From contig JACRKE010000011.1 in the NCBI GenBank assembly GCA_016215335.1, positions 1 to 39,771 of the forward strand: a stretch of DNA of 39,771 nucleotides, written 5' to 3'. Position numbers and translations under genes: made by a program. This document shows positions 18,492-27,096 of the stretch, one piece after another. Numbering within the stretch: position 1 is the first letter of the stretch; each line of letters begins with the position of its first letter. Below the pieces are notes generated by a model. It had not been told where the DNA came from, made no database searches, and was given only the letters and a program-made list of their open reading frames with translations. The stretch comes from Candidatus Vogelbacteria bacterium. Lineage in GTDB: Bacteria; Patescibacteriota; Minisyncoccia; Phycocordibacterales; JACRKE01.

Positions 18492-19817
18492 ATGAAGAAC
18501 TCAAAAAAACAATTTAAAGATAAAAGAAAGAATATGATTCAGAGATCCGGTTTTAGAAAGACTGTTAAATCGAGTTCTTCGACGAGAGTTTTTCGTCGTA
18601 AATCAGCGCCTTCCGCCTTAAGAAAAGTAGTGGCTAAGCGATTGTCGACACCTAAAAAGATTACTTTGCCGGCGGGAAGAGTTAAGCCGGTGCTTAAGGG
18701 TAAACCTCAAGAAAAGGCTTTGACCAAAACTTCTGGCAAGAATCTGGTGCAGGCAGAACGTGTAAATCAGCTCATTGATCGTGGTCGTGCCAAGGGATTT
18801 ATAACTTATAGCGAGATTTTGAAGGAGTTCCCAAATATTGAGAACGATATTCTCTTTCTCGATGATTTGTATGGAAAGTTCGATGAATCCGGCATTGATG
18901 TACTTGAAGGAGGAGGATTGCTCGATACACATGTTGAGGAACCTGTTGTTTATAAAGGAAAGGCAGGACTTAGGCACAAAGAAGGCGGTCTCGATTCCGT
19001 ACAGATGTATCTCCGTGAGATTGGCAAGTACAAACTTATTGGTGCGTCGGACGAACGAGATTTGTCAAAGAGAATCGAACTTGGCGACAAGGAGGCCAAG
19101 GATTTACTCATAAAGGCAAACTTGAGACTCGTGGTTTCCATAGCTAAAAAATATATTGGTCGATCAAGCGACCTCACTCTTCTTGATCTTATTCAAGAAG
19201 GTAATCTGGGCCTGTTTAAAGCAGTTGAGAAGTTCGACTGGTCAAAGGGTTATAAATTTTCAACTTACGCAACATGGTGGATTAGGCAAGCGATTACAAG
19301 AGCATTGGCTGACCAGTCTCGTACTATTAGAATTCCGGTGCACATGGTAGAAACAATCGCTAAATACAAGCAGGTGGTTAGACGTTTATCGCAAGACCTC
19401 GGCCGAGAACCTTTACCCGAAGAGATTGCAACAGAGATGGGGCTTGAAGTCGATAAGGTGCATCAAATAGAGAAAATTGACCAGGGAACAGTCTCATTAG
19501 AGTCACCCGTAGGAGATTCATCAGATGACAAGTCAATGCTCGGTGACTTTATTGCAGATGAGAAGATATTGTCTCCCGATCAAGAGTCTTCCAGAAGAAT
19601 TCTCGCTGACCAGATCAAGGAGATTCTTGACGATCTTTCTCCTAAGGAGCGCAAGATTTTGGAGATGAGGCATGGACTTATTGATGGAGTTATGAGAACG
19701 CTTGAAGAAGTAGGCAAAGAGTTCGGTGTTACTCGTGAGCGTATTCGACAAATTGAAGCTAAGGCCCATGAAAAAATAAGATTCCACGAAAAGGCGAAGC
19801 GTTTATTAAACTACTAA
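18492..19817 (+). CDS. rpoD: Primary sigma factor RpoD/SigA
   Basis: [67 protein letters not shown]; basic N-terminal extension. Confidence 0.97.
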   Translation: MKNSKKQFKDKRKNMIQRSGFRKTVKSSSSTRVFRRKSAPSALRKVVAKRLSTPKKITLPAGRVKPVLKGKPQEKALTKTSGKNLVQAERVNQLIDRGRAKGFITYSEILKEFPNIENDILFLDDLYGKFDESGIDVLEGGGLLDTHVEEPVVYKGKAGLRHKEGGLDSVQMYLREIGKYKLIGASDERDLSKRIELGDKEAKDLLIKANLRLVVSIAKKYIGRSSDLTLLDLIQEGNLGLFKAVEKFDWSKGYKFSTYATWWIRQAITRALADQSRTIRIPVHMVETIAKYKQVVRRLSQDLGREPLPEEIATEMGLEVDKVHQIEKIDQGTVSLESPVGDSSDDKSMLGDFIADEKILSPDQESSRRILADQIKEILDDLSPKERKILEMRHGLIDGVMRTLEEVGKEFGVTRERIRQIEAKAHEKIRFHEKAKRLLNY

Positions 19818-19829
19818 AAAGATTTCTTA

Positions 19830-20702
19830 ATGTTGGAGACAGTCAACTGGTCAATCCTTGGTTTTTCTACCGTGATCGATATAGCTATCGTGGCTTTTTT
19901 GTTATACTCAGCGCTTATTTTATTGCGAAGGACTCATTCTATAGTAGTCTTCAGAGGTATCCTCGCACTTTTTGTTGTGTATCTTATCGCGACGTATTTT
20001 AACCTACTACTTACTCACGCGCTTTTTCAATTTTTCTTCTCTTTCTTCATTATTATCTTTGTTGTAGTTTTTCAGAGGGAGATGCGGCGTTTTTTTGAGG
20101 AATTTTCGATTTCCATTAAAAATATATTTATAGATGAACGTCCATCTCTCGACAAAAGAGTTGCCGACGAAATATCAGGGGCGATAGAAGAGATGGCTCA
20201 AAAAAGAAGAGGCGCTCTCATTGTAATGCCAGGGAAACAAGAAATTGAGAGACATTTGGAAGGTGGATATTATTTGAATGGAGAGATATCCAAGCCCCTC
20301 GTTTTAAGTATTTTTGATCCATCCTCTCCGGGCCACGATGGCGCTCTGATTGTGACTGGAGATCAGATTTCTAGATTTGCGGCACAACTGCCACTCGCGA
20401 TGAAGCCAATCAAGGAGCGTGGCACCAGGCATAGAGCAGCTCTAGGCTTGTCGGAGAGGACTGATTCTTTGAACATTGTTGTTTCAGAAGAGCGCGGCAC
20501 AGTATCCGTAGCTCATTTCGGTAAGATGAATGAACTTAAAAACGCATCTGACATAGGTCAGGAGATTGAAAAATTTTATCGTGATGTTTTTGGTAAACAC
20601 GATGATTCTTACATCGTATCCATCTTTAAAGACAACTGGAAAGAAAAACTGTTAAGCATTGCGCTCGCAATACTGCTATGGTTTGTTTTAGTGCATAAAT
20701 AG
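19830..20702 (+). CDS. cdaA: Diadenylate cyclase CdaA/DacA with an extra C-terminal TM segment
   Basis: Three N-terminal TM helices; catalytic HDGA and GTRHRAA, VSEERG motifs. Confidence 0.9.
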   Translation: MLETVNWSILGFSTVIDIAIVAFLLYSALILLRRTHSIVVFRGILALFVVYLIATYFNLLLTHALFQFFFSFFIIIFVVVFQREMRRFFEEFSISIKNIFIDERPSLDKRVADEISGAIEEMAQKRRGALIVMPGKQEIERHLEGGYYLNGEISKPLVLSIFDPSSPGHDGALIVTGDQISRFAAQLPLAMKPIKERGTRHRAALGLSERTDSLNIVVSEERGTVSVAHFGKMNELKNASDIGQEIEKFYRDVFGKHDDSYIVSIFKDNWKEKLLSIALAILLWFVLVHK

Positions 20703-20715
20703 CACGAGGTGTATT

Positions 20716-21516
20716 TTACCTTCCTGCTAGGGCTCTTTCTATGATCGACGACACCGTCGCGAAGGATTGTGCTCCTTCAATGGGGTATTTTGTTTCGTCT
20801 GGCCCGATTATTACCGAATATGGTGTCCCGGTCAATCCTGAGTTTGTCGCATCTTCTAAATCTTTTTGCACTTTCTCTTTTCCATAGCCTGATTTCTGGC
20901 ATATGACGAACTTTTCCCCATCTATTTTTACTTCTTTTGCAATCTCAACTAGCTTGGCCGGATCAAGACCGTCATTTGAGGGGGTTACTAAGTAAAGCTT
21001 ATTTACGTATGACCAGAATGCGTTCTCTCCTGCAAGCTTTGCCACGCATTCTAGCGCCTCTGCTTCTGGCCTAGCCTTTGCATGTAGGCTGTCTAATGGG
21101 GCATGTCTGTAAACTACTTTGACCTGACCACTGTCTACATATTTCTCTATTACCTTCAAAACCGTTTCAATATGGAATTTTTTACAAAATGGACACTCGG
21201 TATCAGAAAATAACACGAGAGTCACGGGAGCGCTAGGCTGACCCAAAACATGATCTGTGCCGTTAACAGGTTCAATATTTTTTGCAAGGTCGATTACACT
21301 CGGTCGATTCCCTGCGACTATCTGCCTGTCGCCCTCATTCAGTTTGTTTTTGTTCACGTACACTACCGAGCCTGCAATTATGAGTCCCGCAATGATAATA
21401 GCCATTGGTACAGTCAAAAAAGGTTGATTGTTTTCCTGTTGGATAGGAAGTGCTACTTTGCGATTTTCTAACTCTTTCTCTACAGCCTCTATATTCTCTA
21501 TCTTGTCATCGTTCAT
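20716..21516 (-). CDS. DsbA/BdbD-like thiol-disulfide oxidoreductase, membrane anchored
   Basis: TM anchor, FSDTECPFCKKFH, YRHAPL, cis-Pro GTP motif. Confidence 0.88.
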   Translation of the reverse strand: MNDDKIENIEAVEKELENRKVALPIQQENNQPFLTVPMAIIIAGLIIAGSVVYVNKNKLNEGDRQIVAGNRPSVIDLAKNIEPVNGTDHVLGQPSAPVTLVLFSDTECPFCKKFHIETVLKVIEKYVDSGQVKVVYRHAPLDSLHAKARPEAEALECVAKLAGENAFWSYVNKLYLVTPSNDGLDPAKLVEIAKEVKIDGEKFVICQKSGYGKEKVQKDLEDATNSGLTGTPYSVIIGPDETKYPIEGAQSFATVSSIIERALAGR

Positions 21517-21522
21517 GAGCTA

Positions 21523-22116
21523 TTATTTGTTGTTATAATTATTACTAACTTTTTCCCAGTCAAGATTTTTAAAGAATGCGTCAACGTATTTCGTTCTTTC
21601 TCCTGGTAAGTAATCCAGAAGATAGGCATGCTCCCATACATCTAGAGCAAGGACTACTCTGGCACCTGCCAGGTGACCGATCTCGTGGTCACTAACCCAA
21701 TTAAGCAACAGGCTCCCACTGACTTTGTCTTTCAAGAGCAAAACCCATCCTATACCACGCATTAGTGCCATCTTCTTTATCTCACTTATCAAATTATCAA
21801 TGGTTCTGAACTGTTCATTAATTATGAGTATGAGGTCTGCGGGTAGGGCAGAGCTGGGTGTTCCCTGAAGTGAGTCGAAGTATATCTCGTGAAGCCGCAT
21901 GCCGTTAAATTCGAATCCCAATCTTCTTCGGAGCTCTGAAAGCATTAATGCATCAGATGACTCTTTTGAAGACTCAAGCGTTATCTTCTCGATAAGTAGA
22001 TTGCAGTTTCTCACGTAACCTCCATATAACTTTAAATGTTCTTCGATTTGCCTTGAAGATAGCCCTTCCAGTGGCCCTACTTGGAACTTCTTTTCTTCAA
22101 ATGTTACTTTTTTCAT
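21523..22116 (-). CDS. sod: Fe/Mn superoxide dismutase family protein
   Basis: EHLKLY, FNGMRLHEIYF, GIGW, DVWEHAY metal-ligand motifs. Confidence 0.88.
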   Translation of the reverse strand: MKKVTFEEKKFQVGPLEGLSSRQIEEHLKLYGGYVRNCNLLIEKITLESSKESSDALMLSELRRRLGFEFNGMRLHEIYFDSLQGTPSSALPADLILIINEQFRTIDNLISEIKKMALMRGIGWVLLLKDKVSGSLLLNWVSDHEIGHLAGARVVLALDVWEHAYLLDYLPGERTKYVDAFFKNLDWEKVSNNYNNK

Positions 22117-22177
22117 ATGTTTTTTGTATTATCTGACTATCATATCCGACTCATAATCCGAGGGCAAGCAATACTTG

Positions 22178-22202
22178 ACAGTGCTATGTAGTATAGCACT
22201 GT
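22178..22202. promoter_or_regulatory. Dyad (operator-like or REP-like) upstream of sod
   Basis: ACAGTGCTAT-GTAGT-ATAGCACTGT, overlapping one TTGACA hexamer and near another on the opposite strand. Confidence 0.45.
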
Positions 22203-22297
22203 TATAAAGGACTATCTAACTTGTCAAAACCTATATTATAGGCCATATTTATTCAATAAAAGACAACAAAGAAGCATGTGAAATATTTAGGAATTGA

Positions 22298-22326
22298 TTG
22301 ACTTCGGCACTACTTTTTGCTACTAT
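22298..22326 (+). promoter_or_regulatory. sigma70 promoter for the transglycosylase gene
   Basis: TTGACT (22298-22303), 17 nt, TGC-TACTAT (22321-22326). Confidence 0.65.
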
Positions 22327-22459
22327 GGACAGACGCACCGTAGGGGTGCATTTGTTGTAAAAGTCTCAAAATGTCCCAAAAGACGTACTGAGGCGGATAG
22401 GATAGTCAGGTATTATTCGATAGTTAGTCGCGTCGGGTTATACTGGAGAAGTTACCTAA

Positions 22460-22963
22460 AGACATAAATTTACTAGAATTTTCAGCTCGTTTATTCAGAA
22501 TGCTTTAGCTGGCACACTGCTCGCTACAAGTATTACCGGTACGTCCACATCGGCGCTTATCGGCAATGTAAGTACTGTCGAAGTAGATAGAGAAATTCCG
22601 GTCAAAGAGGCAACAATAAGCAAACAAGCTTCAAAGCCGGGATGTGATTCAGAAGTTAAGAATACCAAAGCATGTATCAAACAGCTTATCTCCAAATACG
22701 CTAAAATGTATGGAGCAGAAGAGAAGCTGGCGCTTGACATAGCCTTCTGCGAGTCAAGTTTCAGGGCAAACGTATATGGGGACGGCGGCAGGGCGTTCGG
22801 AACATTCCAGTTCCATCGCCCTACGTTTGAAAGGTTTTCAAGACTCCTAGGTGAAAAACTTGATTACTACAACAACGAAGACAATATCAGACTTGGCGTC
22901 TGGGCGCTTGCAAACAACAAAGAAGACCATTGGTCTTGTTACGAGAAAGTTGCTTTCAACTAA
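22460..22963 (+). CDS. Secreted lytic transglycosylase (SLT/Rpf-like); start codon uncertain
   Basis: IAFCESS (catalytic Glu), GTFQF, HWSC; frame open from 22460 with a signal-peptide-like N-terminus, but first ATG only at 22706. Confidence 0.75.
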   Translation, partial: RHKFTRIFSSFIQNALAGTLLATSITGTSTSALIGNVSTVEVDREIPVKEATISKQASKPGCDSEVKNTKACIKQLISKYAKMYGAEEKLALDIAFCESSFRANVYGDGGRAFGTFQFHRPTFERFSRLLGEKLDYYNNEDNIRLGVWALANNKEDHWSCYEKVAFN

Positions 22964-23006
22964 CAATGAAAAATCCCGCTTGAAGCGGGATTTTTCATTG
23001 TTAGTT
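22958..23006. terminator. Bidirectional terminator, perfect 23-bp inverted repeat
   Basis: AACTAACAATGAAAAATCCCGCT-TGA-AGCGGGATTTTTCATTGTTAGTT between convergent genes. Confidence 0.85.
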
Positions 23007-24242
23007 TTTTGAGTATTTATCAATGAATTCACTCTTGTATGTTTTAAAATCATCGTTTATTAATGATTCTCTGATTTTTCTGACAAAATTTATTATAAAA
23101 TATAGGTTATGAATTGATGCGAGACGATAAGCGAGCAGCTCTTTTGCTCTGAATAGATGCGCGATGTATGCACACGTATAAGATTTACAAGTAGAGCATT
23201 CGCAATCTGCTCCAAGAGGCTCAAGCAATTTTCTGAATTTTGTGTTTTGAATATTTATTCGGCCGTTTCGAGTAAGTACTGTCCCATTGCGTGCCATACG
23301 GGTTGGCATTACACAGTCAAAAGTGTCACAGCCATTTTCTATCGCAGTGATAATATCGAGTGGCTCTCCAATGCCAAGAAGGTGCCTCGGTTTATCTTCC
23401 GGTAAAATTTCTGTCACCCAACGCACTGCTTCGCCCATATCTTCCTTGTTGAATGATCCGCCTATTCCAAAACCGTCAAATCCCATTTTTCCAATTTCTC
23501 TTGCACTCTTTTCGCGAAGATCTTTGTGGCGCCCACCTTGGACTATACCAAATAGTGCTTGCGGGTACCCTAATGGTTTCTCAATTTGTAATTTTCTATG
23601 ATGTTCAAGCGAGCGAAGGGCCCACCTGCGCGTGCGTTCCATGGCCTCAAATTGATATTCGTATTTTGCGATAGGCGAGGTGCATTCATCAAAAGCAAAA
23701 ATTATATCAGCACCCAAATCGTGCTGTATTTGCATTGAAATTTCAGGCGTAAGTCTATGGTCGCTGCCATCAATCGGCGACTTGAAGTTGACCCCATCCT
23801 CGTCTATTTTCGCAAGCCTAATCTTGTCTTCGAATTCACTTGGAAGCTTAGCTTCCAAGTGGGGAGTCTTAGATCCCGCCATAGCGGGGTCTAACCTTAT
23901 GGAATGTGAGAGTTTACTGATTCCCGTGCCGTAAGCGGCGCCAAGTGAGAACACTTGAAAGCCTCCAGAGTCTGTCATTATGGGCCCGTCCCAGTTCATG
24001 AATTTATGGAGTCCGCCCGCGGTTTTTATGAGTTCGTTGCCAGGCTCTAGATAAAGATGATATGTGTTTGCAAGCACTACTTCTGCCCCAAGCCCAGCAA
24101 CTTCTTCAGGTGAAAGCGCTTTGACGGTAGCCTTGGTCCCCACAGTCACAAAGGCCGGTGTTTGTAACTCTCCATGTTCGGTAGATATAGTGCCAACTCG
24201 CGCCTTGCCGCGTCCGAGTGATCTTGTAATTTTAAATTGCAT
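23001..24242 (-). CDS. tgt: tRNA-guanine transglycosylase (queuine tRNA-ribosyltransferase) with internal insertion
   Basis: LANTYHL, MTDSGGFQVFSL, FDEC, GIVQGG, RHLLGIG, DTFDCVMPTR, CECSTC..H zinc site. Confidence 0.96.
   Translation of the reverse strand: MQFKITRSLGRGKARVGTISTEHGELQTPAFVTVGTKATVKALSPEEVAGLGAEVVLANTYHLYLEPGNELIKTAGGLHKFMNWDGPIMTDSGGFQVFSLGAAYGTGISKLSHSIRLDPAMAGSKTPHLEAKLPSEFEDKIRLAKIDEDGVNFKSPIDGSDHRLTPEISMQIQHDLGADIIFAFDECTSPIAKYEYQFEAMERTRRWALRSLEHHRKLQIEKPLGYPQALFGIVQGGRHKDLREKSAREIGKMGFDGFGIGGSFNKEDMGEAVRWVTEILPEDKPRHLLGIGEPLDIITAIENGCDTFDCVMPTRMARNGTVLTRNGRINIQNTKFRKLLEPLGADCECSTCKSYTCAYIAHLFRAKELLAYRLASIHNLYFIINFVRKIRESLINDDFKTYKSEFIDKYSKN
23837..23894. repeat. Two adjacent REP-like hairpins within tgt
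   Basis: CACTTGGAAGCT-T-AGCTTCCAAGTG (23837-23861) and TTAGATCCCGC-CATA-GCGGGGTCTAA (23869-23894). Confidence 0.75.
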
Positions 24243-24317
24243 GTCATTGAATATTACACAAGAATATGCTTAAGTAAACACAGAGTAGAGATGTGACAGT
24301 TACAAAGGAGGGCCAGC

Positions 24318-24794
24318 GTGAATTGCGGATACTGCAATCTATCGCCCGGATTCAAGTTCGTTCCTGATCCACGCTCCAATGGCGAAGTGGAGCGAATGTC
24401 TTGTCTCAATTGTGCGAAGAAGAATCCGTACTTTTGCCGAAGACACTCTGTAATTCATCTTGTTTTCAGAGATGGAACGCACGTGTGCAGGCAGTGCATG
24501 TACTTTTACGTCAGTGCGCTCGGTCATACGGTGAAAGCCTTTTATCTTGATAGAATTACCGATGGTGTTGGACCGGAGCTCCTGCTTGAGCTAGGGATCT
24601 ACGGCCACAAGAGACAGGGACTAGCTGAAGAGTTCCGTGATGAAGAGTACGAGCTCACGCTTTCTGAGGATGAGCATGTGCTTGCCCTCTGTTTCTCTTA
24701 TATGGAGAGAAAAGGACTTTCTAGTTTGAGCGAGGTAATTGACACAATAATCGAAGCTGGCAGCGCAGAGGTTCTTTTCGTGGCCTACTACTAG
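24318..24794 (+). CDS. Hypothetical protein with Cys/His-rich (putative Zn-binding) N-terminus
   Basis: CGYC, CLNC, CRRH, CRQC pairs; AAGGAGG SD before GTG. Confidence 0.7.
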   Translation: MNCGYCNLSPGFKFVPDPRSNGEVERMSCLNCAKKNPYFCRRHSVIHLVFRDGTHVCRQCMYFYVSALGHTVKAFYLDRITDGVGPELLLELGIYGHKRQGLAEEFRDEEYELTLSEDEHVLALCFSYMERKGLSSLSEVIDTIIEAGSAEVLFVAYY

Positions 24795-24816
24795 ATTGAT
24801 TCAATGGGTATCCATA

Positions 24817-24839
24817 GGCCGGCCACGAAGTGGCCGGCC
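24817..24839. terminator. GC-rich hairpin between convergent genes
   Basis: GGCCGGCCAC-GAA-GTGGCCGGCC. Confidence 0.65.
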
Positions 24840-24862
24840 GAATCTTTCCAAAAATTTTTCAC

Positions 24863-25621
24863 CTATGATATCTTGCGTGCTTCAAGGTACATAAAAAGAG
24901 GGAACTCCTTACGCGCACTGTTTTCTGCAGAAGCTCTTGGGCCGCTATCACTTTTTTTGTGTGAGATCCATTCCTCAAGCCCCGTTATCGCAAAATCAAA
25001 TTTCCTTAGTGTTTTTACGTACATCTGAAGTGGGCGATGGAAAGAGATTGTTACCTCAGTCATACGTGCCCCCGGGTGCATTCTAATCAGAGAATGGGTT
25101 TCTGACATATATTTATCTATTGCCCTAAACTGCGTCTGTGCTTTTTCGTCAAATTCCCAACTACTATGCTCGGGGATTCTAAATGCTGGATGATTTAATA
25201 CTATATGTAGAGTGCCGTTTTGTTTCATAACTCTCTGGCACTCAAGGATAGTGCCGTCAATGTTTTGAATATTTTGGAGTGCGAGAACAATAATAATTTT
25301 GTCGAAGCTTTTATCGGCAAAAGTTATATTGTCTGATGGGGCAACAACGTATTTTTCGTTTCTATGTGCGTGCCGCTTTGCAATTGCTATAAGCTCAGGT
25401 GATATGTCAGCACCACTTACGTCCGTACCTTTTAATGCAAATTCATGCGCGAAAAATCCGCTTCCACACATGAGATCGAGCAGTGCATCGTTCTTCTCAA
25501 TTTTAATTAATCGTTCTAGGTGAGGAAGAATGACTTGCCTTTGATAGCTGTCTTCGCTTTGTATTACTCCGTTGTACCATTCAGATACTTCGCCCCAGGA
25601 GGTATTGTTCTGTTGAGTCAT
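24863..25621 (-). CDS. Class I SAM-dependent methyltransferase
   Basis: LLDLMCGSG motif I, GADISPELI, SFDKI, HPAF. Confidence 0.85.
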   Translation of the reverse strand: MTQQNNTSWGEVSEWYNGVIQSEDSYQRQVILPHLERLIKIEKNDALLDLMCGSGFFAHEFALKGTDVSGADISPELIAIAKRHAHRNEKYVVAPSDNITFADKSFDKIIIVLALQNIQNIDGTILECQRVMKQNGTLHIVLNHPAFRIPEHSSWEFDEKAQTQFRAIDKYMSETHSLIRMHPGARMTEVTISFHRPLQMYVKTLRKFDFAITGLEEWISHKKSDSGPRASAENSARKEFPLFMYLEARKIS

Positions 25622-25651
25622 TGCTTGATTGCTATGCTGCTAAAATTTTTT

Positions 25652-26377
25652 TCAGCCGAGCAAGGTTGAAACCAGTAAAATGAAAAGCACTCCGACCAAT
25701 GTAGCGTAAATTGTTTTGTGCGAAGAACCGTGACTATGCGCTTCTGGCAGAATGTCAGAAGCGCCTATGTACATAAGAAAACCTGCAAAAAACCCAAGAT
25801 ATATGAGTAAATAATCGGAGGACAAGGTGAAAAAGAAGGTAGACAGTCCACCGAGCAATGGAGCGCAAGCATGAAATGTGAGGAACTTGATCGCGCGTTC
25901 TTTTGTGTTTTTATGTGCAAGCATTAATGCCACGTTATTCAATCCATCACTAAACGCGTGGGCAATCACCGCAAGCGCAACCGCAAGACCAACTTCCCTC
26001 GAAATCTGGAAACCAAGCCCGATTCCAAGCCCGTCAAGAAAGGAGTGTGCTGAAAGCGCGAGAGCCGAGAGCATCCCGACAGATGGGTGTTTGTGTTCGC
26101 CATACTCTTCTTCGTGCGAATGGTGGATAAGAAGTAGTTTCTCCGCAATATGGAAAACAAGAAAGCCTGCCACAAAAGCGTACATGACATAAGTGATCTC
26201 TCCGACACCTGATTCGAGAATTTCGAAAATCTCAGGAAATATGTCGAATGCTACTATAGCGAGTAGTACCCCGGCAGTAAAACCAAGTACAATGTGCATC
26301 TTGTCTTTGAACTTAAGACCAAACAAGCCTCCAACCAGCGTTGAGACAAAAGTCAGCAGAATCGATATTATAGCCAT
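25652..26377 (-). CDS. ZIP-family (ZupT-like) metal transporter
   Basis: GFTAGVLL, His-rich loop HHSHEEEYGEHKH, HSFLDG, HAFSDG, DILPEAH; start set to ATG 26377, 7 nt after TATACT. Confidence 0.88.
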   Translation of the reverse strand: MAIISILLTFVSTLVGGLFGLKFKDKMHIVLGFTAGVLLAIVAFDIFPEIFEILESGVGEITYVMYAFVAGFLVFHIAEKLLLIHHSHEEEYGEHKHPSVGMLSALALSAHSFLDGLGIGLGFQISREVGLAVALAVIAHAFSDGLNNVALMLAHKNTKERAIKFLTFHACAPLLGGLSTFFFTLSSDYLLIYLGFFAGFLMYIGASDILPEAHSHGSSHKTIYATLVGVLFILLVSTLLG

Positions 26378-26473
26378 AATATTGAGTATATGGTTTAGGG
26401 AGAGTTCAGGCAAGTATAAGCGGAAGATACAGAGAAAGATCGGCTAGATCAAAAGTCGCCCAAAAAATCAACT

Positions 26474-27007
26474 TTAGTATGGGAATTTCCTCTTGTACTT
26501 TTCGTAAGCTACCAAAAATTGCGGGCTGAATTGGTCTGGATCAATCTTAAGAAGCGTTTCAAGTTCAACCCTTTTGATTTTTTTAATAGTGGAAAGCTGT
26601 TCGGTGTTTATATTCCAATTGTTATCATAAAGACAGTAGAACACGTTCATCAGTCTCTTTGTGCCGTCTTTTAAAGATTCGAACTCTCTGCCGAGCAAGT
26701 ATAGTTTGGAAGGATGTATGCACATATCATGCAATAGCGCCCGCTCAGCCGCTTTACTCGGATCTTCATTCTGCCATACAAGAGAAACGGCTGGCACTCC
26801 CATTTTGCCCTTATAAATCTTTTTTGAGAGCTTGCTTTCGGTAAGTGTGGCAAGAAGCATTTCGCGATTCTGAGTAAATACGAAAACGAAGGCATTTTCC
26901 AGGTAATCCTTGCGTCTATCAACTTCATTCCATACCTTGGTCTCGACGGGTTTGCCGTGTTCGTCCAATATATCGACCTTGTAACTATGTGATGAGCTGT
27001 TAATCAT
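26474..27007 (-). CDS. NUDIX-fold / IPP-isomerase-like protein with a degenerate Nudix box
   Basis: VDILDEHG, AFVFVF, NEDPSKAAERAL; catalytic Glu residues look eroded; ATG 27007 lies 7 nt after TATACT. Confidence 0.55.
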   Translation of the reverse strand: MINSSSHSYKVDILDEHGKPVETKVWNEVDRRKDYLENAFVFVFTQNREMLLATLTESKLSKKIYKGKMGVPAVSLVWQNEDPSKAAERALLHDMCIHPSKLYLLGREFESLKDGTKRLMNVFYCLYDNNWNINTEQLSTIKKIKRVELETLLKIDPDQFSPQFLVAYEKYKRKFPY

Positions 27008-27096
27008 GCGAAATAAGTATAACCCAGACACGTTTTTCTACAAGTGCGAAGACACCGGAGCACTACTTAGTCAAGTATGCCCGCAGCCGCTTCTTA

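Noticed and set aside
22178-22202. CIRCE (HrcA) operator
   Set aside because: Half-sites are in the opposite orientation and the spacing does not match TTAGCACTC-N9-GAGTGCTAA
22333-22459. ydaO / c-di-AMP riboswitch assignment
   Set aside because: The conserved GCUGAAUC, GGGGUGAAU and GUCAGCUAAC-type segments are not visible; kept only as an unknown structured leader
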